Origin: Desulfobacterales bacterium
GTDB lineage: Bacteria; Desulfobacterota; Desulfobacteria; Desulfobacterales; UBA11574
DNA length: 40,548 nucleotides
Direction: 5' to 3'
NCBI GenBank assembly: GCA_050117895.1
Contig: JASFLX010000002.1
Coordinates: forward strand, 1-40,548
A model generated the notes under the pieces. That model had not been told where the DNA came from. It was given only the letters and a program-made list of their open reading frames with translations, and searched no databases. Made by a program: the position numbers and the translations under genes. Below, in pieces: positions 28,033 through 38,660 of this stretch; within the stretch, counting starts at the first letter, position 1; the number at the start of each line of letters is the position of its first letter.

Positions 28033-29394
28033 ATGAAAACCATCGGTAAATACAAAATACGGGGACTGCTGGGCAGAGGCGGTATGGGCAAGGTCTATAA
28101 AGTGGAACTGCCGGTTATCCGTAAAATTGCCGCCTTAAAACTGCTTTCCCCCAATCCCCATCTGGTTCAACTGATGGGTGATAAGGCTATCCGGAATCTT
28201 TTTATTTCCGAAGCCGTTACCATGTCAAATCTGAGACATTCCCATATCGTAAAAATCTGGAATTTCGATGAAACAGAGGACGGAAAACTTTTTTATGTCA
28301 TGGATTATTATTTTAATAATCTCGGAATCATGATCGGCGAATCTTATATAACCGAAGCATCCTCCCGAGTGATTAAGTTAGATAAAGCCATTAAATACAC
28401 CCGACAAATTCTTTTGGGGCTGGCCTGTCTTCACCATTTCGGCATCGTACACCGGGATATTAAACCCTATAATATATTGGTAACGGATTTGGATACCATA
28501 AAAATTTGCGATTTTGGATTGTCCAAGCTCAGAGGAGAGGATTTTAAAGGACCCGAAAATCTCAAGGTGGGGTCTCCCTGGTATGCCGCGCCCGAACAAG
28601 AAGCCAACCCCGATAAAGCGGATCGTCGTTCGGATATTTATTCCGTGGGAATTATGCTTTATCGAATGCTCACGGGTGAGCTTCCCACGAAAAATTATGA
28701 AAAACCGAGTCAAATCAATGCTGATATAGACCCCACATGGGATGCTTTTATTGCCAAAGCCATTGCCGCAGAGCATCAAAACAGATTTGGTGATGCCAAC
28801 GAAATGTTAAAAGAACTCGATATCCTTGAAAAGGCTTGGGAAGAAAAAAAAGAAAAAATCTGCAAAATCGCCCCGGAATCGACGGTTGCAGAAAATTTCC
28901 CCTGTCATTCGGTGACGCTCAGGAGCCATGCCATCAAAGTCAATCCACAACATGGCAGAACCGTATTTTCCACAAACCAACTATGGCAACCCTCTGGTTA
29001 TATTAACAATGATTTTCAAATTCTTTCCAACGGCATGGTTATGGATAACGCCACACGTCTTATTTGGCAGCAATCCGGATCGGAATATCCCCTGACATGG
29101 CCACAAGCTCATGAGTATATCGAGGAATTGAACCAGAAACATGTTGGAGGATATCATCACTGGCGGCTTCCCACAACTGAGGAACTGATGTCTTTGCTTA
29201 CCCCAACCCCTCACGGCGAAGATTTTTGCATGGAACCGGTGTTTGACCCCAAACAAAAATGGTTATGGAGTTGTGACAGACGATCGTATATGGCGGCGTG
29301 GTATATCAGCGCAGATATGGGGTTCGTCTCGTGGCAGGATTTCAGCGCCTATTATTATGTGAGAGGTGTATGTAATGATAATTTGGAATCATGA
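28033..29394 (+). CDS. Ser/Thr protein kinase with C-terminal DUF1566 (Lcl C-terminal-like) domain
   Basis: Hanks motifs: G-loop GRGGMGKVY, AALKLL (Lys), HRDIKPYNIL, DFG and WYAAPE. The C-terminal region carries HWRLPTTEELMSL, typical of DUF1566. No TM segment separates the domains. Confidence 0.85.
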   Translation: MKTIGKYKIRGLLGRGGMGKVYKVELPVIRKIAALKLLSPNPHLVQLMGDKAIRNLFISEAVTMSNLRHSHIVKIWNFDETEDGKLFYVMDYYFNNLGIMIGESYITEASSRVIKLDKAIKYTRQILLGLACLHHFGIVHRDIKPYNILVTDLDTIKICDFGLSKLRGEDFKGPENLKVGSPWYAAPEQEANPDKADRRSDIYSVGIMLYRMLTGELPTKNYEKPSQINADIDPTWDAFIAKAIAAEHQNRFGDANEMLKELDILEKAWEEKKEKICKIAPESTVAENFPCHSVTLRSHAIKVNPQHGRTVFSTNQLWQPSGYINNDFQILSNGMVMDNATRLIWQQSGSEYPLTWPQAHEYIEELNQKHVGGYHHWRLPTTEELMSLLTPTPHGEDFCMEPVFDPKQKWLWSCDRRSYMAAWYISADMGFVSWQDFSAYYYVRGVCNDNLES

Positions 29395-29559
29395 TTAAAA
29401 CCGCTTCGAAAAGGAAAGGCCTGGACACGTAATGGTGGTCCTTGAAAATTACTCATTGACATATTTCAACGGTTCTGCACAAATAAGCTTTTTTGTAATG
29501 GATAAGCCGGGTGCTTTGCAAAGGTCTCTAAATCTGATGATAAAATTTGGGGGAAACAC

Positions 29560-30648
29560 ATGAAGGAAGACAGAATTTATAATTTTAACGCCGGGCCTGC
29601 CGCTCTTCCCATTGACGTACTTGAAGAAATCAAAGAGTCATTTTTAAACTTCGGTGGTTCCGGCATGTCCATAACCGAAGTAAGCCACCGCTCCAGGTGG
29701 TTTGACGATGTCATAAACGATGCGGTTGATAGAACCCGGCGTCTGTTGAACCTGGATGATACGTTCCACGTGCTATTTATCCAGGGCGGTGCAAGTTTGC
29801 AATTTTGCATGATACCGATGAACTTTCTCGGAAAAGACGAATCCGCAGACTATGTTAATACCGGTACTTGGTCCACAAAAGCCATAAAGGAAGCCGAAAT
29901 ACAGGGTAAAACCATCAAGGTTGTGGCATCTTCGGAAGATCAAAATTTTTCATATATTCCGAAAAATATTACGTTCAGCAGCAATGCGGTTTTCATTCAC
30001 ATTACATCCAATAACACAATAAAAGGGACCCAGTGGGCATCCTTTCCCGATACAAACGGTGTGCCGCTTATTGCCGATATGTCATCGGATATAATGAGCA
30101 GACCGTTTCATGTGGATAAGTTCGGTCTTATTTATGCCGGGGCTCAAAAAAATATCGGTCCTGCCGGGGTGTGCATGGTGATCATTAAGGAGGATATGCT
30201 CAATAAGGTGCCGGACAAGCTACCATCAATGCTCAAATACACAACCTATTCATCCAAAAACTCAATGTTTAATACCCCGCCGTGTTTTTCGGTTTATGTG
30301 ATTCAACTGGTAATGAAATGGCTTGAGGAGACCATTGGCGGACTTGAAAAAATGGCGGAAATCAATCAAAAAAAGGCTCGTATTCTTTACGAAGCCATAG
30401 ATTCGGGCGATTTTTATAACGGCACGGCCCGGCCTGACAGCCGTTCATTGATGAATGTAACTTTCCGCCTCCCGGACGAAGCGCTTGAAAAACGATTTAT
30501 AGAGCAAGCCCTGGAAAACGGTTTGGGCGGCCTTAAAGGGCATCGGTCTGTGGGAGGATGCCGGGCTTCGATTTACAACGCCACAAGTATAGCGGCAGTC
30601 GAAACCCTTGTCGATTTTATGAAAACCTTCGAGCAGAAAAACGGATAA
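29560..30648 (+). CDS. serC: Phosphoserine aminotransferase
   Basis: 362 aa. N-terminal YNFNAGPAALP, SHRS and the PLP-lysine context YAGAQKNIGPAG. C-terminal GHRSVGGCRASIYNA. Confidence 0.95.
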   Translation: MKEDRIYNFNAGPAALPIDVLEEIKESFLNFGGSGMSITEVSHRSRWFDDVINDAVDRTRRLLNLDDTFHVLFIQGGASLQFCMIPMNFLGKDESADYVNTGTWSTKAIKEAEIQGKTIKVVASSEDQNFSYIPKNITFSSNAVFIHITSNNTIKGTQWASFPDTNGVPLIADMSSDIMSRPFHVDKFGLIYAGAQKNIGPAGVCMVIIKEDMLNKVPDKLPSMLKYTTYSSKNSMFNTPPCFSVYVIQLVMKWLEETIGGLEKMAEINQKKARILYEAIDSGDFYNGTARPDSRSLMNVTFRLPDEALEKRFIEQALENGLGGLKGHRSVGGCRASIYNATSIAAVETLVDFMKTFEQKNG

Positions 30649-30949
30649 TCTTATATTTAAAAATAATCTCACGATCAGTTACTCTTCAAAGACGGTATAT
30701 CGCGTCCGAAATTCCAGGCGAATTCATTTGGGACCATTTGATCCAGGATTCTTATATTCCCTCATTCCACTATTTTTTATCCCATGAAACTTTTTTATAT
30801 TTTCCTGGGGCCATGCCCAGGTTAATAATATACTTACTTTCAATAGATTTTATAAAATACGAAACGTTATATTAATAATCTTTCTTCGAAGCTTGGTTTC
30901 GGGGTGGCAATGAAAGAAAATACATTAACTTTTTGCAAAGGACGGCATC

Positions 30950-31270
30950 ATGGCAAAAGAAAATGACGTTGTACTTATATACCTTGAAGATCAACCCATA
31001 TCATTTGCCAGAATAGAAGATATTTCTCCTGATGTAAAAAAAGATTGGTATCATGTGAAAATATTGATGTTACAGTTACCCCTTCAGGTCGCAACCTGGA
31101 TCTTGCGGGATATTTATATTAACGGTCAGGAGTTTACCATGGGAGGCAAGAGAATGCGTCTGGAGCCGGTGGTTTGTCCCAAATCGCCTGATCCCGCAGA
31201 TAAGCCCGAAAAACCCGAAAAACCGGATAACGGAAAGGTGATATCATTATTAGATCTGAAGAAAAAATAA
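30950..31270 (+). CDS. Small hypothetical protein (106 aa) with Pro/Lys/Glu-rich tail
   Basis: SD AAAGGAC lies 8 nt upstream. The ORF ends 16 nt before the DUF1848 gene. I recognise no domain. Confidence 0.55.
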   Translation: MAKENDVVLIYLEDQPISFARIEDISPDVKKDWYHVKILMLQLPLQVATWILRDIYINGQEFTMGGKRMRLEPVVCPKSPDPADKPEKPEKPDNGKVISLLDLKKK

Positions 31271-31285
31271 AGATTAAATGTTTTA

Positions 31286-32179
31286 ATGAAACCATCGACT
31301 CAAATTGTTATTTCCGCCTCCAGGCGGACTGATATTCCGGCATTTTACATGGATTGGTTCATCAGTCAGATACAAAAAGGTTTTTTTGAGATTATCAATC
31401 CATATAACCGGCAAAAATCCAGAATAACGGCAACTCCGGGCAACGTTCACACCCTTGTATTCTGGTCAAAAAATTTTGGTCCCTTCATCAAGGGCGGATT
31501 CGGCCAAAAGCTTTTTTCCATGGGATACAATCTTTTTTTTAATTTTACCATAAACTCGAATTCATCCTTGCTTGAACCCCGTGTGCCGCCGCTAAACCAA
31601 CGACTTGACCAACTCAAGGAACTCTGTCGGGAGTTTGACCCAGGAGCAATGAACTGGAGATTCGATCCCATCTGTTTTTTTAAATTTCATGAAAAAGAAG
31701 TTCAGGATAATTTAAATGATTTTTCACGGATTGCCGCAAGGGCTTGCCGATGCGGTGTTACAAGATGTATCACAAGCTTCATGGACCATTACCCAAAAAT
31801 TCAAAAACGGATCGCAACCCTGCCCGGAATTTCGTTTGTGGACCCGCCATTGAAAACAAAAAAAGCAGTTCTTCTGAAAATGGAAAAAGAACTTTCTGGA
31901 AAAAATATTGATCTTTATACCTGTTGTGAAAAAGATATTCACAACACTCTGCCCGCAGATTCAAACATAAAAAAAAGTTCATGTATTCCCAACGATCTTT
32001 TAGTAAAAATTTTCGGGGGCCATCTGAGCTTTAAAAAAGATACCGGCCAGAGGATAAAGCAGGGATGCGGATGCATGGTATCGGTTGACGTGGGATCTTA
32101 TCACTTGCACCCATGCTATCACAATTGCCTGTTTTGCTATGCGAATCCGACTTCCAAAAGAAAGTTGTCGAAAAAATGA
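31286..32179 (+). CDS. DUF1848-family protein with C-terminal radical-SAM-like CX3CX2C cluster
   Basis: N-terminal ISASRRTDIPAFYMDWF and C-terminal GCGC...HPCYHNCLFCYAN (C-x3-C-x2-C) fit my recollection of Pfam DUF1848. The stop overlaps the dusB start (ATGA at 32176-32179). Confidence 0.7.
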   Translation: MKPSTQIVISASRRTDIPAFYMDWFISQIQKGFFEIINPYNRQKSRITATPGNVHTLVFWSKNFGPFIKGGFGQKLFSMGYNLFFNFTINSNSSLLEPRVPPLNQRLDQLKELCREFDPGAMNWRFDPICFFKFHEKEVQDNLNDFSRIAARACRCGVTRCITSFMDHYPKIQKRIATLPGISFVDPPLKTKKAVLLKMEKELSGKNIDLYTCCEKDIHNTLPADSNIKKSSCIPNDLLVKIFGGHLSFKKDTGQRIKQGCGCMVSVDVGSYHLHPCYHNCLFCYANPTSKRKLSKK

Positions 32180-33165
32180 AAATCGGTTCAGTTCTGCTTG
32201 ATAATATTACCGTATTAGCGCCACTTGCAGGTATCACGAATCTGCCCTTCCGGCTGCTTGCCAAAGAAGCGGGTTGTGCGCTGGTCTGCTCGGAAATGAT
32301 CAGTTCCAACGGCCTGGTTTATCACTCGGTCAAAACACATGAATTGCTCGAGAGCCGCCCCGCGGAGAAACCGTTGTCGGTTCAGATATTCGGTTCGGAT
32401 TTTTCGATTATGGCTGAAGCTGCAGCCATAGTTGAATCTTCAGGGGCTGATATACTAGATGTCAACCTTGGCTGTGCGGTAAAAAAAGTACTAAAAACCG
32501 GTTCAGGTGCGGCCCTTATGAAAGAGCCCAAAAAAGTCGAAAAAATTCTTCGGGCGATCCGTAGAACGGTAAAAATTCCGTTGACCATAAAAATAAGAGC
32601 CGGATGGGACAGTTCCGGTGACCAGGCCTTAAAAATAACTGAAATAGCTCAAGCATGCGGTGTGGACGCTATTGCCGTGCACCCACGCACTGCGACTCAG
32701 GGGTTCCGGGGCAAGGCCGACTGGTCCCTGATTGCCGCTATTAAAAATATTGCTTCAATTCCTGTAATCGGAAACGGGGATATCATAAGACCTGAAGATG
32801 TGTTGAAGATGCAAAATCAAACAGGGTGTGATGCTGTCATGATCGGCAGAGCGGCCATCGGCAACCCTTGGATTTTTTCTCAGGCACTTGAGCTCGTCCG
32901 GGAAAATAAAGCCTCATTGCCGGATCCATCCCAGCGTTTTGAAGTGATGGCTCAATATCTCAGATCTTCTGTAATATACTTTGGAGAGCCGCGGGCGATG
33001 CGTATGATGCGCAGCCGACTCGGGTGGTTTGTCAAGGGATTACGTTACAGCAGCAGATTCCGTGAATCGATCAAACAGGTTTCGACCGAAAAAGAGGCCC
33101 TATCCCGGATCGAACAATATAAAAAATTATTATCTGCCGAACTCGGAGAAACCGGACAATTTTGA
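32176..33165 (+). CDS. dusB: tRNA-dihydrouridine synthase (DusB-like)
   Basis: I chose the start at Met22 of ORF 32113-33165 (MKIGSVLLDN), the usual Dus N-terminus. Motifs LAPLAGITNLPFRLL, DVNLGC, IKIRAGWD, VHPRT and IGNGDI are present. Confidence 0.88.
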   Translation: MKIGSVLLDNITVLAPLAGITNLPFRLLAKEAGCALVCSEMISSNGLVYHSVKTHELLESRPAEKPLSVQIFGSDFSIMAEAAAIVESSGADILDVNLGCAVKKVLKTGSGAALMKEPKKVEKILRAIRRTVKIPLTIKIRAGWDSSGDQALKITEIAQACGVDAIAVHPRTATQGFRGKADWSLIAAIKNIASIPVIGNGDIIRPEDVLKMQNQTGCDAVMIGRAAIGNPWIFSQALELVRENKASLPDPSQRFEVMAQYLRSSVIYFGEPRAMRMMRSRLGWFVKGLRYSSRFRESIKQVSTEKEALSRIEQYKKLLSAELGETGQF

Positions 33166-33343
33166 TGAGTTGGTAAAGACCGAAAAACAACTTTTTCGAG
33201 ATCGTGAATTTCTATTGACAAAATTGGGTGATTAAATCAGTGTTATTAGAGGATTCTTTAAAACATGTTCCCATTGATCGGGCTCTGAAACGGAATGTTA
33301 TTTTGCAAAGGTCTCGTTAAAAGAAATAGGATAGGGAGTACCC

Positions 33344-34186
33344 ATGAAAAAACATCCGGCGTTTACTTTGGCACTTATATTTCTACTGCTCATTTCTTCT
33401 GTTGGATATGGTATGGAATATCCGAGTCAGGAGGTTGTTGAGCAGAGGATAGAAGGGATCATCAACTGGAGCAGAGGAGTCATTCAAGCAAAAGGGATCG
33501 GTGTTCTTCATAATAAGCGTTCTGACCATGTCAAAGCCCGTTCAACCGCTTTGAAAAATGCAAGGCTGGATGCCTGCCGAAAAATCCTTGAAGTTGTGAA
33601 AGGGATTAGAATTGACGGCACCACCGTTGTCGGAGATTATGAGTGCAAAAATGATATAATTATGTCTAAAATAGAAAGTATGGTTAAAGATGCCGAGGTT
33701 GTAAAAAAAGAATATTTTTCGGACGGCACCATAAAAGTTACAATGGAAATGAACCTGAGAGGTGGATTTGCCCAGCTGGTTCTTCCAGGGGAAATCCAGC
33801 CGTTGGAATCGATCAGAACCATGGCGCCCGTTAAGAATTCGCCCTCTATTTTTACCGGACTGGTTGTTGATACCAGGGGCCTGGGAACAATGCCGGTCAT
33901 GGCCCCAAAAATACTCGATGAAAATGCACGTGAGGTTTATGGATCCGCTTTTGTCAGCCGTGAATATGCCGTACAGCAAGGAATGTGTGGTTATTCAAAG
34001 GGCCTTGCAAAATCTCAAAATAATCTGAGGGTTGGCGACAATCCTTTGACGGTAAAAGGGTTGAGGACAGAGGGGGTCCAACATTCCGACGTTATCATCA
34101 GTAATGTAGATGCCAGCAGGCTTCGAAGTGCTTCTGAGAATCTTTCCTTTATGAAAAAATGCCGAGTCATCATTGTGGTAGAGTAA
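33344..34186 (+). CDS. Secreted protein of unknown function (weak LPP20-like N-terminal region)
   Basis: Signal peptide LALIFLLLISSVGYG/ME. The segment VIQAKGIGV...ARSTALKNARLDACRKILEVVKG resembles LPP20-type lipoprotein domains. A clear terminator follows. Confidence 0.65.
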   Translation: MKKHPAFTLALIFLLLISSVGYGMEYPSQEVVEQRIEGIINWSRGVIQAKGIGVLHNKRSDHVKARSTALKNARLDACRKILEVVKGIRIDGTTVVGDYECKNDIIMSKIESMVKDAEVVKKEYFSDGTIKVTMEMNLRGGFAQLVLPGEIQPLESIRTMAPVKNSPSIFTGLVVDTRGLGTMPVMAPKILDENAREVYGSAFVSREYAVQQGMCGYSKGLAKSQNNLRVGDNPLTVKGLRTEGVQHSDVIISNVDASRLRSASENLSFMKKCRVIIVVE

Positions 34187-34214
34187 AAAGCCGACCTAAA
34201 AGAGATCGGCTTTT
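34186..34214. terminator. Bidirectional rho-independent terminator between convergent genes
   Basis: AAAAGCCGA (34186-34194) and TCGGCTTTT (34206-34214) form a 9-bp stem with an 11-nt loop. An A-tract lies on one side and a T-tract (TTTTATTTATT) on the other. It sits between the stop of 33344-34186 (+) and the stop of ahcY (-). Confidence 0.75.
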
Positions 34215-34252
34215 ATTTATTCTTCGATTGACAACCTTCCATCGACAATCCA

Positions 34253-35512
<1,260 letters not shown>

Positions 35513-35626
35513 TTATCAATCTCCTTCAGAATTCGTTAAACAGTTTTTAAATGGTTGAGGGGTTAGTTTATGTTGCTCATTTCCGTCTTTCTTATTCATC
35601 AATCATCAATCGTCAATCTCCAATCC

Positions 35627-36796
35627 CTAAAGTCCCGCCTTTTCTCTAATAACATCCACCATATTGGTTTTTTCCCACGTGAATTCAGGTTCATTCCGGC
35701 CAAAGTGCCCATAAGCTGAAGTTTTACGATAGATTGGCCGCAGCAGGTCCAGATATTCAATGATTGCTGCGGGTCTTAAATCAAAAATTTCATTGATAAT
35801 TTCTTTTACCCGATATTTGGGAATTACACCGGTTCCCATAAGATCTACCATCACGGAAACAGGTTTTGCTACACCGATGGCATAGGCGATTTGTATTTCA
35901 CATTTTTTTGCAAGGCCGGCGGCAACAACATTTTTTGCGATATGTCTGGCCATATATGAAGCGCTACGATCGACCTTGGAAGGATCTTTCCCTGAAAAAC
36001 ATCCGCCGCCGTGACTCCCCTGGCCTCCATAAGTATCAACAATGATTTTTCGCCCCGTAACCCCGCAGTCTCCCATGGGGCCGCCAATCACGAACTTGCC
36101 TGTGGCATTTATAAAGTATCGGGTGTCACCGTCCGTTAGCTCCTTGGGGATCACCTTTTTTATGACCTCTTCTACGATCGCTTCTCTCAACTCATCGTAA
36201 GTAATATGCGGTTTGTGCTGTGCGGCAATAACAACGGTATCAATCCGTACCGGGTTGCCGTTTTCATATTCGATGGTCACTTGAGTTTTGCCGTCAGGCC
36301 TTAAGAAATCAAGGGATCCGTTTTTTCGAACCGTGGCAAGACGCTGGCATAATTTATGGGCATACATAATCGGCATGGGCATTAATTCAGGCGTCTCATC
36401 AGTGGCAAACCCAAACATAAGTCCCTGGTCTCCGGCGCCCTGGTCTTTGAAAAGTCCTTGACCGACGTTCACCCCCTGAGCGATATCCGGAGATTGTTGG
36501 TCAATACTTGTAATGACAGAGCAGGTCTGCCAGTCAAACCCCATCTGGGATGAATGGTATCCGATTTCACGAATTGTATTTCTAATAATCTCAGGCATAT
36601 CCACATAACAACTGGTTGTAATTTCACCGGCAATAAAAGCAAGGCCAGTGGTTACAAGCGTCTCACAGGCCACCCTGCAGGCTTTATCCTTTTCCATAAT
36701 TGCGTCCAGAATGGAATCCGATATCGCATCCGCAACCTTGTCCGGATGACCTTCGGTCACCGATTCGGATGTAAAAAAGAATTGTTCATTACCCAT
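35627..36796 (-). CDS. metK: S-adenosylmethionine synthase
   Basis: 389 aa. [32 protein letters not shown] and [19 protein letters not shown]. Confidence 0.95.
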   Translation of the reverse strand: MGNEQFFFTSESVTEGHPDKVADAISDSILDAIMEKDKACRVACETLVTTGLAFIAGEITTSCYVDMPEIIRNTIREIGYHSSQMGFDWQTCSVITSIDQQSPDIAQGVNVGQGLFKDQGAGDQGLMFGFATDETPELMPMPIMYAHKLCQRLATVRKNGSLDFLRPDGKTQVTIEYENGNPVRIDTVVIAAQHKPHITYDELREAIVEEVIKKVIPKELTDGDTRYFINATGKFVIGGPMGDCGVTGRKIIVDTYGGQGSHGGGCFSGKDPSKVDRSASYMARHIAKNVVAAGLAKKCEIQIAYAIGVAKPVSVMVDLMGTGVIPKYRVKEIINEIFDLRPAAIIEYLDLLRPIYRKTSAYGHFGRNEPEFTWEKTNMVDVIREKAGL

Positions 36797-36926
36797 AAAG
36801 CATCTCCTTATTTAAGTTCCAAAAAGTAAATTTTGTACATTTTATTACCAGTAGGCTCATTAATTTATTGAAATATAACAAAACAAATCTATAGGCTGCT
36901 ATATTTTAAATGATAAACTCCATCTT

Positions 36927-37748
36927 CTATGGATTCAGTAACATATTGTCAATCAGCCGGGCTTTCCCGACTTGAACGGCCAAGAGCATTTGTACGGGTC
37001 CATTGATCGTCTCGACATTAACAAGTGTTTCCGTATCGCAGATGGCAATATAATCTATATCGGTTTCAGGATATGATTGTATCAATTCTGTTGCGGTCTC
37101 TATAATGGTCGCTGCATCTTTTATCCCACTCTTAATAAGCTCCTTTGCTTTTTGTAATGATTTGTATAGGGAAAGGGCGCTGATCCGCTGTTCGGGGGTA
37201 AGATAAGTATTGCGGGAACTCATGGCCAGTCCATCCGCTTCCCTAACCGTGGGCGCACCAATTATTTCTATACCGAAATCGAGATCACGAACCATCTGAC
37301 GAACAACAATAAGCTGCTGGTAATCCTTCCGGCCGAAAACGGCAACATGCGGTTTAACCGTATTGAACAACTTGGCAACAACTGTTGCAACACCCCTGAA
37401 GTGTATGGGTCTGGAGGCACCACAGAGGTAATTCGGCAGTTTTTCCAAGGTGACATAGGTCTGAAATTCCCGGCCGTAAATTTCCTTGGCGTCTGGGGTA
37501 AATACTGCGTTTACTCCTTCTTTTTGTAACAGAACCAGATCCCTTTCAAGATTCCTGGGATAAGACGCCAAATCTTCTCCGGGGCCGAACTGCGTGGGGT
37601 TGACAAAAATGCTCACTACCATGTCATCTCCATGTTTGTGGCCTTCTTTAATCAAAGACAGATGACCTTCATGGAGAAATCCCATTGTAGGGATGAACAC
37701 AATAGTTTTAAATTGACGGCGCATTCGATCCGAACGCGCCTGCATCAT
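36927..37748 (-). CDS. panC: Pantoate--beta-alanine ligase
   Basis: 273 aa. HIGH-type motif IPTMGFLHEGHLSL, FVNPTQFG, FGRKDYQQ and MSSRN. Confidence 0.92.
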   Translation of the reverse strand: MMQARSDRMRRQFKTIVFIPTMGFLHEGHLSLIKEGHKHGDDMVVSIFVNPTQFGPGEDLASYPRNLERDLVLLQKEGVNAVFTPDAKEIYGREFQTYVTLEKLPNYLCGASRPIHFRGVATVVAKLFNTVKPHVAVFGRKDYQQLIVVRQMVRDLDFGIEIIGAPTVREADGLAMSSRNTYLTPEQRISALSLYKSLQKAKELIKSGIKDAATIIETATELIQSYPETDIDYIAICDTETLVNVETINGPVQMLLAVQVGKARLIDNMLLNP

Positions 37749-37873
37749 TTTTGTTGTTGTAATAATTTCGATGGAACAAACCTCAAAAGTTTATTAAATA
37801 CATAAAATATAATAACATAATCAATGATTTTAAAATGTCAATTACAAAGGTTGGCTTAAACCGGCAATAAACA

Positions 37874-38626
37874 TTATTTATGCCTGAACACCTGTTTCCA
37901 TTCTTCCCCTCCTTTTTTGAAAATAACTTCATTCTTGCCGATATGCGTTATTAAAACCTTTTCAATAGAGCCTCCTTCCCGAAGCACACGACCGTTTACA
38001 ACTGCCAGACGGCTTTCAGGATCGATGGACCAGGCAATGGCCTGAAGTTGAAGCTTGGACTCATCGGCCTGTTTAACGGGTATGGATAATATTCTTTTTA
38101 GTTGTTGTCCGGATGTTTCAGCTTTAATTTTAGTGTTGTTACTTTTTTGAATTAAAATCTGATCGGCGATCTTCTTTTTATCAGGGCTGGAAGATTTTGG
38201 AACGATATTTTCCGTTTTTTTAACCGATAGCGTTTTCTTTTCCCGCGGCTTTATGTGAGATGCTGATTTCTTTTTTGCCGCTGGTTTGACCACCGACATT
38301 GTTTTGTTGACCCTTTTGGAGGACTTTTTTTTCTGAGACAAATCCCGGTCGGCCGTCTTTTTCGCAATACGGCTTATGGGTTTTGAATGTTTGGTTTCCG
38401 GTTGCGGTATATTTCTCCATGGCTTCCGGCCCAGAAACAGCCCTCCAACGGCAGCCAGAATTATAACGGCAAGAATGGCGACATACTGTTTTTTATAGCG
38501 AAGATTATCCGTTAACCGCCTATGGGAAATTTTTTGTGCATCTGTTTCTTGTTTCCAGAATCGAATTTCGCTTTTTTCCGGCAGCTCGCTTTCAATCTTT
38601 TTTAAGGCCTGTAATATGGAACTCAA
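37874..38626 (-). CDS. GspB/ExeB-like type II secretion accessory protein
   Basis: TTG start. One TM (YVAILAVIILAAVGGLFLG), then a Lys/Ser-rich linker. The C-terminal block LQLQAIAWSIDPESRLAVVNGRVLREGGSIEKVLITHIGKNEVIF is typical of the GspB C-terminal domain. It lies directly downstream of the ExeA-like gene. Confidence 0.65.
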   Translation of the reverse strand: MSSILQALKKIESELPEKSEIRFWKQETDAQKISHRRLTDNLRYKKQYVAILAVIILAAVGGLFLGRKPWRNIPQPETKHSKPISRIAKKTADRDLSQKKKSSKRVNKTMSVVKPAAKKKSASHIKPREKKTLSVKKTENIVPKSSSPDKKKIADQILIQKSNNTKIKAETSGQQLKRILSIPVKQADESKLQLQAIAWSIDPESRLAVVNGRVLREGGSIEKVLITHIGKNEVIFKKGGEEWKQVFRHK

Positions 38627-38660
38627 TTTTAATCCAACCTTCTATTCCGAGTAAAAGATG

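Noticed and set aside
32113-32175. N-terminal 21-aa extension of DusB in the ORF track
   Set aside because: The extension lies entirely inside the DUF1848 gene. The Met at 32176 gives the canonical Dus N-terminus and an ATGA overlap typical of coupled genes.
29505-33320. Sigma-54 promoter interpretation of the TTTGCAAAGG motif (TTGCA as the -12 element)
   Set aside because: The upstream GG dinucleotides are at the wrong spacing: one nt too long at 33290-33306 and far too short at 29508-29520. No TGGCAC-like -24 element is present.
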